A stretch of 64,000 nt of DNA from an uncultured Chloroflexia bacterium (GCA_963729445.1 CAVSNU010000005.1:769615-833614); one strand, 5' to 3'; shown: positions 39,354-49,284, numbered from the stretch's first letter. Program-made: numbers and translations. The notes: generated by a model from the sequence alone, not told the origin.

Positions 39354-40610
39354 ATGGCTCAGGTCGTAGGACGTGACTATGTTCCAGGCCAGAATGACGA
39401 ATGGGAACGTCGCTCTCCGGAGGAAGTTCAGATGTCCTCCTCCGATATTGATGAGGCCATCGCTTTTCACCGGGAGCACAGCGCTTCGGGGGATGCGGCA
39501 ACGGTCTTTCGCTGGCAGCCAAAAGAGGTGTTCGCGGATATTCCTGGACTGGAATCAATAGAGCCGCCGAGTGCAGAGCCATTTGCCCGGGTCATCGGTC
39601 CGGTCAAGCGACGTGGTCCTGAGAATGGACTGATCCTTCGCCACGGCTACATCGTCGCGGAATGGGGCGACACTCGGCAGGTAGACATGACCTACAGCGC
39701 CACCAAGAGTTATCTGGCCACCGTCGCCGGGCTCGCGCTCGATCGAGGTCTGATTCGCGATGTCCACGATCGCGTCGGAGACTACGTCCATGACGGCAGT
39801 TTCGACTCGCCGCACAACGCACAAATCACGTGGCACCACCTCCTGATACATCCGGACCCAAAGAATCAGATCGATTTTATTGTCTTCAACTCGGCAAAGG
39901 CGGAGTCGCCGGTTGGTGATCCTAATGTGCGAAGAGCCCTGTACCTGGCCATCGATTATGATCGCTATTTCAGCGAGGTGAGAAAAGGACTCTCGACGCC
40001 AATAGGCGGGGGCATCATCCCGCCGGGAATTGTCGGACACAATCCGGATGCTGCTCCGACGGGCGGTGTCGAGGAAGCAAAGCGCTTGTTGGCTGAAGCG
40101 GGTTATCCAGACGGAGAGGGCTTTCCTGGCTTTAAACTGACGACCTCGCTGGACAATGGTACCTATGGACTCGACGGCCAGATATTTCAGGAGATGTGGA
40201 GACAGAACCTGGGAATCGAAGTCGAAGTTGAATTGATGGAGGGAACAGCTTTCAGAGCGTTCCGTAACTCGCTGAGTGATCCATCTGCCGACTTTGACGC
40301 ATTCTTCATCGGAACCGGTGGCTTCGATCCTACGAACTGGCATGTCATCGCACTCACGTTCGGCGGCGGGCGCTGGGAGAACGCCGAGTTCGAGGAACTC
40401 GTCGCACAGGCATCTCTCGCGACAGACCCCGACGAACGACACGAGCTCCACGCAGAAGCCGATGCGCTTCTGATGCAGGATATGCCGGTGCTGCCATATC
40501 GCGTAAATGGACGTGGTGTGCTCGTGAAGCCGTGGGTGCACAACTTTACGGAATGGCCTCAGAACTCGCCGCGTCCGTTACGGCAGGATATCTATATCGA
40601 CCGCGAGTAG
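39354..40610 (+). pseudogene. In-frame chimera: N-terminal ~165 aa of a beta-lactamase-family serine hydrolase fused to the C-terminal ~250 aa of a family-5 ABC substrate-binding protein
   Basis: ..LILRHGYIVAEWGD..MTYSATKSYLATVAGLALDRGLI..ITWHHLL | IHPDPKNQIDFIVFNSAKAESPVGDPNVRRALYLAIDYD..AKRLLAEAGYPDGEGF..PVLPYRVNGRGVLVKPWV... The junction is at ~39845-39850. Both parents are incomplete. Confidence 0.6.
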
Positions 40611-40777
40611 AACCTAGGGGCATCCGCACATAGAGATTGCCGGATTGTGTAGTCTCGAGAGACATCGTTTCTCTCCAGAAGCGATAGTGTAGGATGCCCT
40701 GACTACCTGTTCACTCCGGTGCGGAGAAACGTTCCCGGCTGCTTCTATTTGTACGGGGGAAAGTTGGTGAGGGATAG

Positions 40778-41566
40778 ATGAGCGACGCGAACCAAGACGT
40801 GCTATTCGAGCGCAAGGGGCCGGTGGCCTGGTTGACCTTCAACCGGCCCGAGGCGCGCAACGCGATGACCTTCGCGATGTACGAGGAGATCGTGCGGGTC
40901 TGCGACGAGATCGAGCAGGACCCGGACATCCGGGTGCTGGTGCTCACCGGCGCCGGTGAAAAGGCCTTCGTGGCCGGCACCGACATCAGCCAGTTCCAGA
41001 CGTTCACCAATCCAGAGCATGCCATCGACTACGAGGCGCGCATCGATCGGGTCGTGACGCGGCTTGAGACGGTCCAGCGGCCGACGATCGCGATGATCCA
41101 GGGCTACGCGGTCGGGGGTGGCGCGGCGCTGGCGATGGCCTGCGACATGCGCATCGTGGCACCCGACGCCAAGTTCGGCGTGCCGATCTCGCGCACGCTC
41201 GGCAACTGCGCTCTCGACCAACGGCTACGCCCGTGCTGATCGAGCCTGATCGGCCCGGCGCGTACGAAAGAGATGATCTATACCGCCAAGATGATCGACG
41301 CCGAGGACGCCAAGCGCATCGGGCTGGTCAACGAGATCGTCGAGGCCGAGTGTCTGCGCGAGCATGTCCAGGGGGTGGCCGAGCAGATCGCCGCCAACGC
41401 CCCGATCACGATCCAGGTGACCAAGGAGTCGGTGCGCTACGTCCTGGAACACAGCATGCCGCCCAAGAACGAGGAGCTGCTGCTGCGGGCCTACATGAGC
41501 GAGGACTTCAAAGAGGGCGTCAACGCCTTCCTCGAGAAGCGCAAGCCGGAGTGGAAGGGACGCTAA
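40778..41566 (+). pseudogene. Enoyl-CoA hydratase/isomerase (crotonase) gene broken by a scrambled 36-bp stretch containing an in-frame TGA (41237-41239)
   Basis: ..LTFNRPEARNAM..VLVLTGAGEKAFVAGTDI..GYAVGGGAALAMACDMRI.. then GNCALDQRLRPC* SSLIGPARTKEMIYTAKMIDAEDA... Both ORFs are in the same frame. Confidence 0.8.
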
Positions 41567-41569
41567 GGC

Positions 41570-42819
41570 ATGAGCGAGACTGACATGACCGCCCAGATGC
41601 CGCTCAGTGGCATCCGGGTGCTGGACCTGGGCCGGCACCTGGCCGGGCCGACCTGCGCGATGTGGCTGGGCGACCTGGGCGCCGACGTCATCAAGATCGA
41701 GAACGCCGGGCGAGGGCGACCACGGCCGCGAGGCCGGCCCGCCCTTCTTCAACGGCGAGAGCGCCTTCTTCCTCTCGGCCAACCGCAACAAGCGCTCGGT
41801 GGCGCTCGACTTCAAGGTGCCGGAAGGGCAGGAGCTCTTCCGCAAGCTGGCCGACACCGCCGACGTGGTGATCGAGAACTTCCGGCCGGGCGTCATGGAC
41901 GCGCTCAACATCGGCTACCAAACGATGGCCGCGCGTAACCCGGGCATCATCTACTGCTCGATCTCCGGGTTCGGGATCGATGGCCCCTACGCCAACCGGC
42001 CGGGGCTGGACCAGATCATGCAGGGCTTCTCGGGGCTGATGAGCATCACCGGCTTCGAGGGCGGCGAGCCGGTGCGCTCCGGCATCCCGATCGCCGACCT
42101 GCTGACCGGGTTGTTCGGCTCGTACGGGGTGCTGGCCGCCCTGCAGGCCCGCGAGCGCACCGGCCGCGGGCAGGAGGTGAACACCTCGCTGCTGGAGAGC
42201 ATGGTCGGGATGCTGGGCTTCCAGGGCGTGCGCTACCTCAACGGCGCCGGCTCGCCGCCGCCGGCCGGCAACCACCACCCGATCAACGCGCCCTACGGCG
42301 TCTTCAAGGCGCGCGACGGCTACCTGACCATCGGCGCCACCGGCGACAAGCGCTGGCCGGCGCTGTGCCGCCTCATCGACGCCCCGGAGCTGCTGGAGGA
42401 CGAGCGCTTCGCGACCAACGGCGGGCGCTACGCCAACCGGCTGCTGCTGGCCGAGCTGATCAGCGCGAAGATGCAGGCCAAGAGCGCCGACGAGTGGGAG
42501 GCGCTGCTGAACGAGGCCGGCATTCCCTGTGGCCCGATCTACTCGATCGAGCAGGCGCTGGAGCACCCGCAGACGCAGCACCGCGAGATGGTGGTGGAGC
42601 GCGAGCACCCCACGGCCGGTCCCGATCCGGCTGCTGGGCCTGCCGGTCAAGTTCAGCGACACGCCGGGCGACATCCACCGCGTGCCGCCGCTGCTCGGCC
42701 AGCATACCGAGGAAGTGTTGCGCGAGATTGGCGTATCCAGCGACGACTTGAACGCGCTGGCCGGGTCCGGCGTGGTTCAGCTGGCAGAGTCTGAGGTATC
42801 GTCGCACGTCGGCGAGTAA
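41570..42819 (+). pseudogene. Family III CoA-transferase (CaiB/BaiF-like) with two +1 frame changes (~41702 and ~42624)
   Basis: ..[33 protein letters not shown] (frame a) / [34 protein letters not shown].. (frame b) / IRLLGLPVKFSDTPG..LLGQHTEEVL (frame c). Confidence 0.8.
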
Positions 42820-42894
42820 GAAATATCCTGACAGGGTCATATTCGGTGGGTGTCGACACGTCGGTCGACCGGGAAACGCCGGGTTACACGTGTC

Positions 42895-42940
42895 GCGGGT
42901 GGTTGATCGCGACCGACGTCGGTCGCGATCAACCACCCGC
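42895..42940. terminator. 46-bp perfect palindrome (23-bp arms GCGGGTGGTTGATCGCGACCGAC / GTCGGTCGCGATCAACCACCCGC) between convergent genes
   Basis: Read from the sequence, and mirrored in the ORF track as identical peptides RVVDRDRRRSRSTTR on both strands. It overlaps the last codons of the DMT gene, whose stop is at 42929. Confidence 0.5.
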
Positions 42941-43852
42941 TGTTGGCGGCGGGGCCTTCCGACGCAGCCGCTTATGCCAGCCGTAGCTGATGGCGACACC
43001 GGCGATAATGAGGATCATGCCGGCGATGCCGCTCAGGCCGAGATTCTCGCTCAGCACCAGCCAGCCGAGAATGAGACCCACCACCGGCGTGATGTAGGTG
43101 ACGAGCGACGCCCGGGTTGCCCCGATCTGCCCGATCAGCGTGTAGTAGAAGATATACGCTATGCCGGTGCCGAACACCCCGAGGACGATCCATGCCGCGA
43201 TGTTGCCGGCATTCAGGTTCTCAGTGCGCACCCAACCGGTGGCGAGCGCGATCGGAGTCGTGATGATCACGCCAATCGTGAGCTGTGCGGTGACGTTCGC
43301 GAGTGCGTCGCCGCGCACGAACTGCCTGGCATAGGCGAAGCCGAAGCCGTAGCAGACGCTCGACATGAGGAGCGCGAGCGCACCCATGCTGGCGCTATCG
43401 CCGATCTCCAGCAGGGAGCTTCCGGTCAAGGCTGCCATGCCGGCGAGACCCAGCAACACACCCATCACCCGCGCGAGGGTGAATCTCTCGCTGCCAAAGA
43501 TGGCCGCCGCGAAGAGCAGGGTGAAGAGCGGGGTAGTGCCGTTCAGAACCGCCGCCAGTGCCGAATCCGCATGCTGTGATCCCCAGGCGATGAGCAAGAA
43601 TGGCACGACGTTGACGAATATCGACATAACACCGAGGTGGAGCCAGATCCTGCCGCCCTTCGGCAGACTGCCGCCACGCAGCGCAAGGATGACTCCGAGC
43701 ACCGCCGCTCCCAGCGCGAAGCGGGCGAGCACCATCACCGCCGGGCTCACAGCTTCGACCAGTACCTTGATGAAGAGGTACGACGAGCCCCAGATCGTCC
43801 CGAGCACCAGTAACCAGACGACATGCCTGATTTCGACCGTGCTTGTGGGCAT
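42929..43852 (-). CDS. DMT-superfamily (EamA-like) transporter
   Basis: Ten hydrophobic segments in two EamA-like halves. Start at MPTSTVEIRHVVW (ATG 43852). The ORF extends to 44059. Confidence 0.8.
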   Translation of the reverse strand: MPTSTVEIRHVVWLLVLGTIWGSSYLFIKVLVEAVSPAVMVLARFALGAAVLGVILALRGGSLPKGGRIWLHLGVMSIFVNVVPFLLIAWGSQHADSALAAVLNGTTPLFTLLFAAAIFGSERFTLARVMGVLLGLAGMAALTGSSLLEIGDSASMGALALLMSSVCYGFGFAYARQFVRGDALANVTAQLTIGVIITTPIALATGWVRTENLNAGNIAAWIVLGVFGTGIAYIFYYTLIGQIGATRASLVTYITPVVGLILGWLVLSENLGLSGIAGMILIIAGVAISYGWHKRLRRKAPPPTAGG

Positions 43853-44064
43853 CGAGGATGGGGTACTTGCCGCAACCGCTTGAACGCCCGTTTTGATTGC
43901 CTGATCCTTTCGAGAGTCAGCTCCGGCACCGGCTGGCAAGTATGCCCTTCGAGCAGGGGCGATGCCCTGATGGAGCCTATCCGAATATGACCATATCGCG
44001 CCACTGATGCTAGTATGACCCGCGACGTATCCGCCTTGAATTCCAGTGAGAAGAGCCACGACTG

Positions 44065-45390
44065 TTGATTACCCGGGAACGAATGCAGTTGCGGGCGCAA
44101 GGCGTCTTCTTTGGCTGGTATATCGTCGCCGGCGCGGGCATGATCCAGCTGCTTCAAAACGGGCTGCTGATGCAGGCGTACGGGGCCTACATCCCATTGC
44201 TGCGCGACGAGTTTGGCTGGAGCTCAGCGGCGCTGGCGGCGGCATTCTCGTTGCAGCGTGTGGAGAGCGGTCTGCTCGGGCCGTTGCAGGGCTGGATGCT
44301 CGACCGTTGGGGTCCGCGGAAGGTTATCGCACTCGGCACGGTGATATTCGGGCTGGGTTTTATGGTCTTCAGCCAGATCAATTCGCTGACGACCTTCTAC
44401 GTTGCCTTCATCATCATGGCCGTTGGTGCGAGTCTGAGCGGCTTCATGTCGCTGACGACAACGATCGTGAACTGGTTCGAGAAGCGCCGCGCACTCGCGA
44501 TCAGTCTTACCCAGGTTGGCATGAGTGCCGGCGGCATGGCGGTACCGCTTGTCGCGCTTGCACTCGTGCAATTTGGCTGGAGAACGACGTCGTTCGCGTC
44601 TGGGGTGATCGTGCTGGCGGTCGGGCTGCCGCTTGCGCGGATCATGCGGCAGACACCGGAAGAGCACGGCTTGCTACCCGACGGTGCCACGCCTGCAGAG
44701 CAGGCTCACCAGGACGCCTTGCGCGTGGCCGCAGATGGCGGCGTCATCGCGAGCTCCGACTTCACCGCTCGCCAGGCTGTGCGGACGCGGGCCTTCTGGT
44801 TCATCGGGTTCGGTCATGCGCTGGCCGTCCTTGTTGTCTCGGCGGTGATGGTGCACCTTGTTACCCACCTGAATGAAGGACTGGGTTTGTCGCTGGGCCG
44901 GGCGTCAGCGATCGTGGCTTTCATGACCGCCGTCACTGCGGTTGGGCAGGTGATAGGAGGGTTCCTCGGCGACCGCTTCAACAAGCGCCTGATCTGCACG
45001 ATCGCGATGTTTGGCCACGCCTTTGGATTGCTGGCGTTGGCCTATGCGACGTCCCTTGTTTGGGTCATTGTTTTCTCGCTATCGCACGGTCTGGCGTGGG
45101 GCATGCGTGGCCCGCTGATGCAGGCGATTCGCGCTGACTATTTCGGCCGCTCATCGTTCGGCCAGATCATGGGTTTTTCGTCCATGATCACCATGCTCGG
45201 CATGACGAGTGGCCCAATCATCGCCGGCCTCATGGCCGACCATTTCGGAAACTACCAGTATGGGTTCACCGTCCTCGCGATCATGGCCGGCTGCGGCTCC
45301 GTCTTCTTCATCTTTGCCACTAAACCCACTCCGCCTGCCGAGAAGCGCCGCGCGGAAAGGTTGGCGACCCAATCGGCGGCGGGGGATTAG
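44065..45390 (+). CDS. MFS transporter (oxalate/formate-antiporter-like)
   Basis: 441 aa, ~12 TM: ..FFGWYIVAGAGMIQLLQNG..LDRWGPRKVIALG.. Confidence 0.8.
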   Translation: MITRERMQLRAQGVFFGWYIVAGAGMIQLLQNGLLMQAYGAYIPLLRDEFGWSSAALAAAFSLQRVESGLLGPLQGWMLDRWGPRKVIALGTVIFGLGFMVFSQINSLTTFYVAFIIMAVGASLSGFMSLTTTIVNWFEKRRALAISLTQVGMSAGGMAVPLVALALVQFGWRTTSFASGVIVLAVGLPLARIMRQTPEEHGLLPDGATPAEQAHQDALRVAADGGVIASSDFTARQAVRTRAFWFIGFGHALAVLVVSAVMVHLVTHLNEGLGLSLGRASAIVAFMTAVTAVGQVIGGFLGDRFNKRLICTIAMFGHAFGLLALAYATSLVWVIVFSLSHGLAWGMRGPLMQAIRADYFGRSSFGQIMGFSSMITMLGMTSGPIIAGLMADHFGNYQYGFTVLAIMAGCGSVFFIFATKPTPPAEKRRAERLATQSAAGD

Positions 45391-45515
45391 GCATCCTGAT
45401 TGGACTTGCGGTCCACGCACCGCTTCATCTCCTCCGCCGCCAGCAGCTTGGCGATGTCCTCCACCAAACCTGTACTAGAGGATCCGCCACGGCGACAACA
45501 ACTATGTATGAAGCA

Positions 45516-45851
45516 TCATGTGGTGAAGTCTGCCTCAGCAATGTCCTTGAGTGCCGCGAGCGTGCGGTCCCAACTGTCAGCGACGGCTTCGATCCCATGG
45601 GCCGCCGAGGCGAGTCGCCCAGGTTGCACGCCGTATCGTACTTCGCGGCCAAAGCGACGGGCCTGGACCAGCCGCGCTCGATCGAGGTGGGCCAGATGTT
45701 TGGCCACAGCCTGCCGGCTGATCGGCAGTCCCGCGGCGATTGTCGTCGCGGTACCCTCTCCTACCACGGCAAGCCGCTCGAGCACGGCCCGGCGGCTGGG
45801 ATCGGCCAACGCCGTAAACACGTCGTCAAACTCGTCGAGCGTCTGCATCAT
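45516..45851 (-). CDS. ArsR/SmtB-family transcriptional regulator
   Basis: ..FTALADPSRRAVLERLAVVGEGTATTIAAGLPISRQAVAKHLAHLDRARLV... ATGATG start overlaps the upstream stop. Confidence 0.85.
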   Translation of the reverse strand: MMQTLDEFDDVFTALADPSRRAVLERLAVVGEGTATTIAAGLPISRQAVAKHLAHLDRARLVQARRFGREVRYGVQPGRLASAAHGIEAVADSWDRTLAALKDIAEADFTT

Positions 45852-46294
45852 CCCACCGCAACTTCGTCGACAACGCGGCAGAGCCGCTCGAGCTGCAGAG
45901 ACCACCCCGTGGCATTGTCGTCGAGTATGGAGTCACGGATCGCCTGTACGCCCGCCAACGAGGCGAATCCGCTCTCCTTGAGTCGCAGGATTACCCCGCC
46001 ATCCTGCTCGACCAGCGTGAATTCGACGAGGGTCGAGTTCCCCTGGGTTGGATTGGCGCCAGGAAACCCACTAGCCCATCGATATGCTGCGTAGCGCGGC
46101 GCCTCCAATCGCTCCACCTGGACCGGGAAACTCCCGTAATTCGCAGTGTCGATCACGACCAGCTCGCCTTCATTGGCGTCCTTATCGAAGAGCAGGTCGT
46201 CACCAACCCAGAATCCCACTTTGGACACCAACGACCACACGTGGTCGATCTCGGCCCGGATGAAGATCTCTCGCTCGATCGCATCTTTGGTCAT
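45848..46294 (-). CDS. SRPBCC-fold protein (AHSA1/START-like)
   Basis: 148 aa: MTKDAIEREIFIRAEIDHVWSLVS.. with the typical ArsR-adjacent Aha1-domain context. Confidence 0.75.
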   Translation of the reverse strand: MTKDAIEREIFIRAEIDHVWSLVSKVGFWVGDDLLFDKDANEGELVVIDTANYGSFPVQVERLEAPRYAAYRWASGFPGANPTQGNSTLVEFTLVEQDGGVILRLKESGFASLAGVQAIRDSILDDNATGWSLQLERLCRVVDEVAVG

Positions 46295-46307
46295 CGTGCT
46301 CGTCCTC

Positions 46308-46802
46308 CTAGCCTTCCTCGAGTCCGTCAGGATAGCGATCCGGCACGAGATTCAATTTGATGTCGTGCTCCATAAGCGCCTTGAGTCCAGCGAGCACAAA
46401 GGTGAATCCTTGCGTTGAATCCAGGGCCTGTTTGCTGACCTCGTCCCCATCTCCGCTAAAGCCGGTGTTCGTGATGCTGACGAACGTCGTGTCGTCTGAT
46501 TGAGGAGTAAATAGCCACTCGACTTTCGTTGAAGGACCGTCCGCCGACCACTCGATGAGTATGCGCTTATTCTGTTCAATTTCCTTTACATGAACATCCA
46601 CCGAGAAACCGTACATTTCCCAGTTCCACTGGATGTGCTCGCCAGGCGCTAGCTTGCCACTACCCTTGGTAAACCAGAATTTGGATGTGATTGCAGGATC
46701 AATAAAAGCGTCGAATACTTCGGCGACGGGTTTTCGAATGAGCATTGCCGTTGTTGCAACTGGAGGCTGTGTAAGTTGAAGAGTGTCCGTAGAGTCTGTC
46801 AT
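46308..46802 (-). CDS. SRPBCC-fold protein (AHSA1/START-like)
   Basis: Start at MTDSTDTLQL (ATG 46802, GAGGAAAAGGA upstream): ..IRKPVAEVFDAFIDPAITSKFWF... The ORF extends to 46865. Confidence 0.75.
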   Translation of the reverse strand: MTDSTDTLQLTQPPVATTAMLIRKPVAEVFDAFIDPAITSKFWFTKGSGKLAPGEHIQWNWEMYGFSVDVHVKEIEQNKRILIEWSADGPSTKVEWLFTPQSDDTTFVSITNTGFSGDGDEVSKQALDSTQGFTFVLAGLKALMEHDIKLNLVPDRYPDGLEEG

Positions 46803-47452
46803 GTGTCCTTTTCCTCGATACGTGACGATACCAAGCAGCTTGGCAGAGGATCGGCCCGAAATCATGAGGCTACTCCTCTAACCTGCAACGCAGAGTAGCA
46901 TATTGGGCTGGGATGCGCAACTTTTCGGTTGCTCTTATGCCTCCAGGGGCGACCCTTATCGCATGAACGATGGCACCAAACACGAGCCGACCCTGACGAC
47001 CAAAACCTGCGCCACACGGGTGCTCGAGGCCGGGACATCGGCGGTCAGGGTCGCCAGTAATTGGGACATGTCAACGTCGAGACGACCGCGATCTACACCC
47101 AGCCGGGCTGAGAGGATCGCATCGAAGCGGTTGAACGGCGGGGTGGGAGTAACGAGATACGATGGCGTCGCCACCCCAACTGCGAATATGTGTGAAACAT
47201 CATGTGGTGAGGTCTAGCCAATAGATATTGACAGCCCGGGTCTAGGCGATTGCAGGTGTAATCTCGGTCGCGATCGACAACTCAACCGGTGATTTATCGT
47301 TTTTTTGTCTTCGGCGCCATATGATAAATGCCTCATATAGTAGTCCGCTCCCTGGGTTGCTGTCTGATCCACACTCCTCGTGCATCTTGGTAGTCGACCA
47401 CGATTTATTTGTCACCGCTTTCGTGGTCGGCCGATCACTGCCTGCGCATCAT

Positions 47453-48370
47453 TCACGCGCCGCGCATGGTGGGGTCGAGGAGGTCGCGCAGCCAGTCGCC
47501 CATGCGGCTGACCACGAGGGTGGTGAGCATCAGGAACAGGCCGGGGAAGATGGCGATCCACCAGGCGCTTTGCAGGTATTGCCGGCCCTCGCCCAGCATG
47601 ATGCCCCAGCTCGGGTTGGGCGGCTGGATGCCGAGCCCCAGGTAGCTCAAGGTCGCCTCCAGGATAATGGCGCGCGCCAGGTCGAGCGTCGTCACGACGA
47701 TCAGCGGGGCCATGGTGTTGGGTAGGATGTGGCGCAGCATGATACGCAGGTGGCCGCCGCCCATAGCCCGCACCGCTTCGACGAACTCCCGCTCGCGCAG
47801 GATCAACACCTGCCCCCGGCACACCCGGGCGTAGGTCACCCAACCGGTGAGGCCGATCACGATCACCAGGTTGGTGAAGCTGGCGCCCAGCACCGCGACG
47901 ACCGCGATGGCGGGCAGGACGCTCGGCAGGGCCAGCTGCATGTCGGCCAGCATCATCAGCACTTCGTCGATCCAGCCGCCGAAATAGCCGGCTAGCAGGC
48001 CCGTCGTGATGCCGATCAGGCCGCCGAAGAGTACCGCGGCAAATCCGACGCCCAGGGAGGCGCGCGCCCCATAGATGACCCGTGAGAGGATATCGCGGCC
48101 AATATGGTCGGTCCCAAACGGATAGCCCGCCACACCTCCCATCCAGGACGGCGGCTCAAGCCGGAGGCCCAGCTGCGACCGGACCGGGTCGTGGGGCGCC
48201 ACCTGCCCCGCGAAGACGGCCATCAACACCACCAGCACCAGAAAGAGCAGGGCGATCCAGAAGAGCGTCGGCACGCGTCGCAGCCAGCTTGGCCGTCGGC
48301 GCTCCACCAGGACGGACCTCTCGCTGGAGGTGGCGGTTGGCTCGGGTTGCGTCTGTAATCGTCCGGTCAT
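47453..48370 (-). CDS. Peptide/nickel ABC importer permease (DppC/OppC-like)
   Basis: 305 aa: ..YPFGTDHIGRDILSRVIYG..EFVEAVRAMGG.. Confidence 0.9.
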   Translation of the reverse strand: MTGRLQTQPEPTATSSERSVLVERRRPSWLRRVPTLFWIALLFLVLVVLMAVFAGQVAPHDPVRSQLGLRLEPPSWMGGVAGYPFGTDHIGRDILSRVIYGARASLGVGFAAVLFGGLIGITTGLLAGYFGGWIDEVLMMLADMQLALPSVLPAIAVVAVLGASFTNLVIVIGLTGWVTYARVCRGQVLILREREFVEAVRAMGGGHLRIMLRHILPNTMAPLIVVTTLDLARAIILEATLSYLGLGIQPPNPSWGIMLGEGRQYLQSAWWIAIFPGLFLMLTTLVVSRMGDWLRDLLDPTMRGA

Positions 48371-49284
48371 TGCACGCGCATCCGTGGATCGACCCAGGCG
48401 TAGATCAGGTCGGTCAGAAGGTTGAGCACCACGAACATCCCGGCGATAAAGATCACGACGGCCTGGGCCACCGGGTAGTCACGGTTGTAGATCGCATTGA
48501 TGGCCAGCAGCCCGACGCCCGGCCAGGCAAAGACCTGCTCGGTGACGATGGCACCGCTGAGGAGGCTCCCGAGCTGCAAGCCGGTGATCGTGATGATCGG
48601 GATCGCCGCGTTCTTGAAGGCGTGCCGCATGACCACCGCACGCTCCCGCAACCCTTTGGCCCGCGCGACCCGGACGTAGTCCTGGCGCAAGACCTCCAGG
48701 AAGGCCGAGCGCGTGAGCCGGGCGATACTGGCCATCGAGAAGGCCGCCAGCGTCACGGCGGGCATGATCAGGTTGCGCCAATCGCCGGTGCCGGAGATCG
48801 GGAGGAGACCGAGCTGCAGGCCGAAGACGAGGATCAGGATGATCCCGATGAAGAAAGTCGGCGTCGACTGGCCGATCAGGGCGATGAACACCGCCACGTT
48901 GTCGACGACGCCATTGGGCCGCAGGGCCGACACCAGGCCCAGCGGGATCGCCACGGCGAGCGCGATGGTGAAGGCGACCGCGGCCAGCTGGAGTGTCCTC
49001 GGTAGGCGCTCGATGACCAGCTGCGTAACCGGCACCTGCTGGCGGACGGACTCGCCAAAGTCGCCGAGCAGCAGATTGCGCATGTAGATGCCATACTGCA
49101 CGATCAGGGGCCGGTCAAAGCCCAGCTGGTGGCGGACCTCCTCGATGTAGGCCGTCGGCGCGTCCGGCGGGACCAGCAGCGCCACCGGGTCGCCCGAGAG
49201 GCGCAGGACGAAGAAGACGGCCGTCACGACGCCCAACAGGGTGAATACCCCACGCACCGCGCGACGGAGGAAGAAGGCGACCAT
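48367..49284 (-). CDS. Peptide/nickel ABC importer permease (DppB/OppB-like)
   Basis: 305 aa: ..DYVRVARAKGLRERAV... 4-nt overlap with the next permease. Confidence 0.9.
   Translation of the reverse strand: MVAFFLRRAVRGVFTLLGVVTAVFFVLRLSGDPVALLVPPDAPTAYIEEVRHQLGFDRPLIVQYGIYMRNLLLGDFGESVRQQVPVTQLVIERLPRTLQLAAVAFTIALAVAIPLGLVSALRPNGVVDNVAVFIALIGQSTPTFFIGIILILVFGLQLGLLPISGTGDWRNLIMPAVTLAAFSMASIARLTRSAFLEVLRQDYVRVARAKGLRERAVVMRHAFKNAAIPIITITGLQLGSLLSGAIVTEQVFAWPGVGLLAINAIYNRDYPVAQAVVIFIAGMFVVLNLLTDLIYAWVDPRMRVQ

Noticed and set aside
40611-40777. Distant inverted repeat GGGCATCC ... GGATGCCC enclosing a GAGAGA/TCTCTC hairpin, upstream of the crotonase gene, as a riboswitch-like leader
   Set aside because: The arms are short (8 bp and 6 bp). 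I recognise no known riboswitch core, and the downstream gene is itself disrupted. The evidence is insufficient.
41237-41239. In-frame TGA in the crotonase gene as a selenocysteine or readthrough site
   Set aside because: The flanking 36 bp translate to nonsense relative to the family, so the stop is a by-product of local indels. No SECIS-like hairpin follows, and crotonases are not selenoproteins.
46903-47217. ORFs 46903..47217(+) and 46956..47174(-) in the gap upstream of the SRPBCC operon
   Set aside because: No motifs, no RBS and mutually overlapping frames. The region is treated as non-coding or relic sequence.
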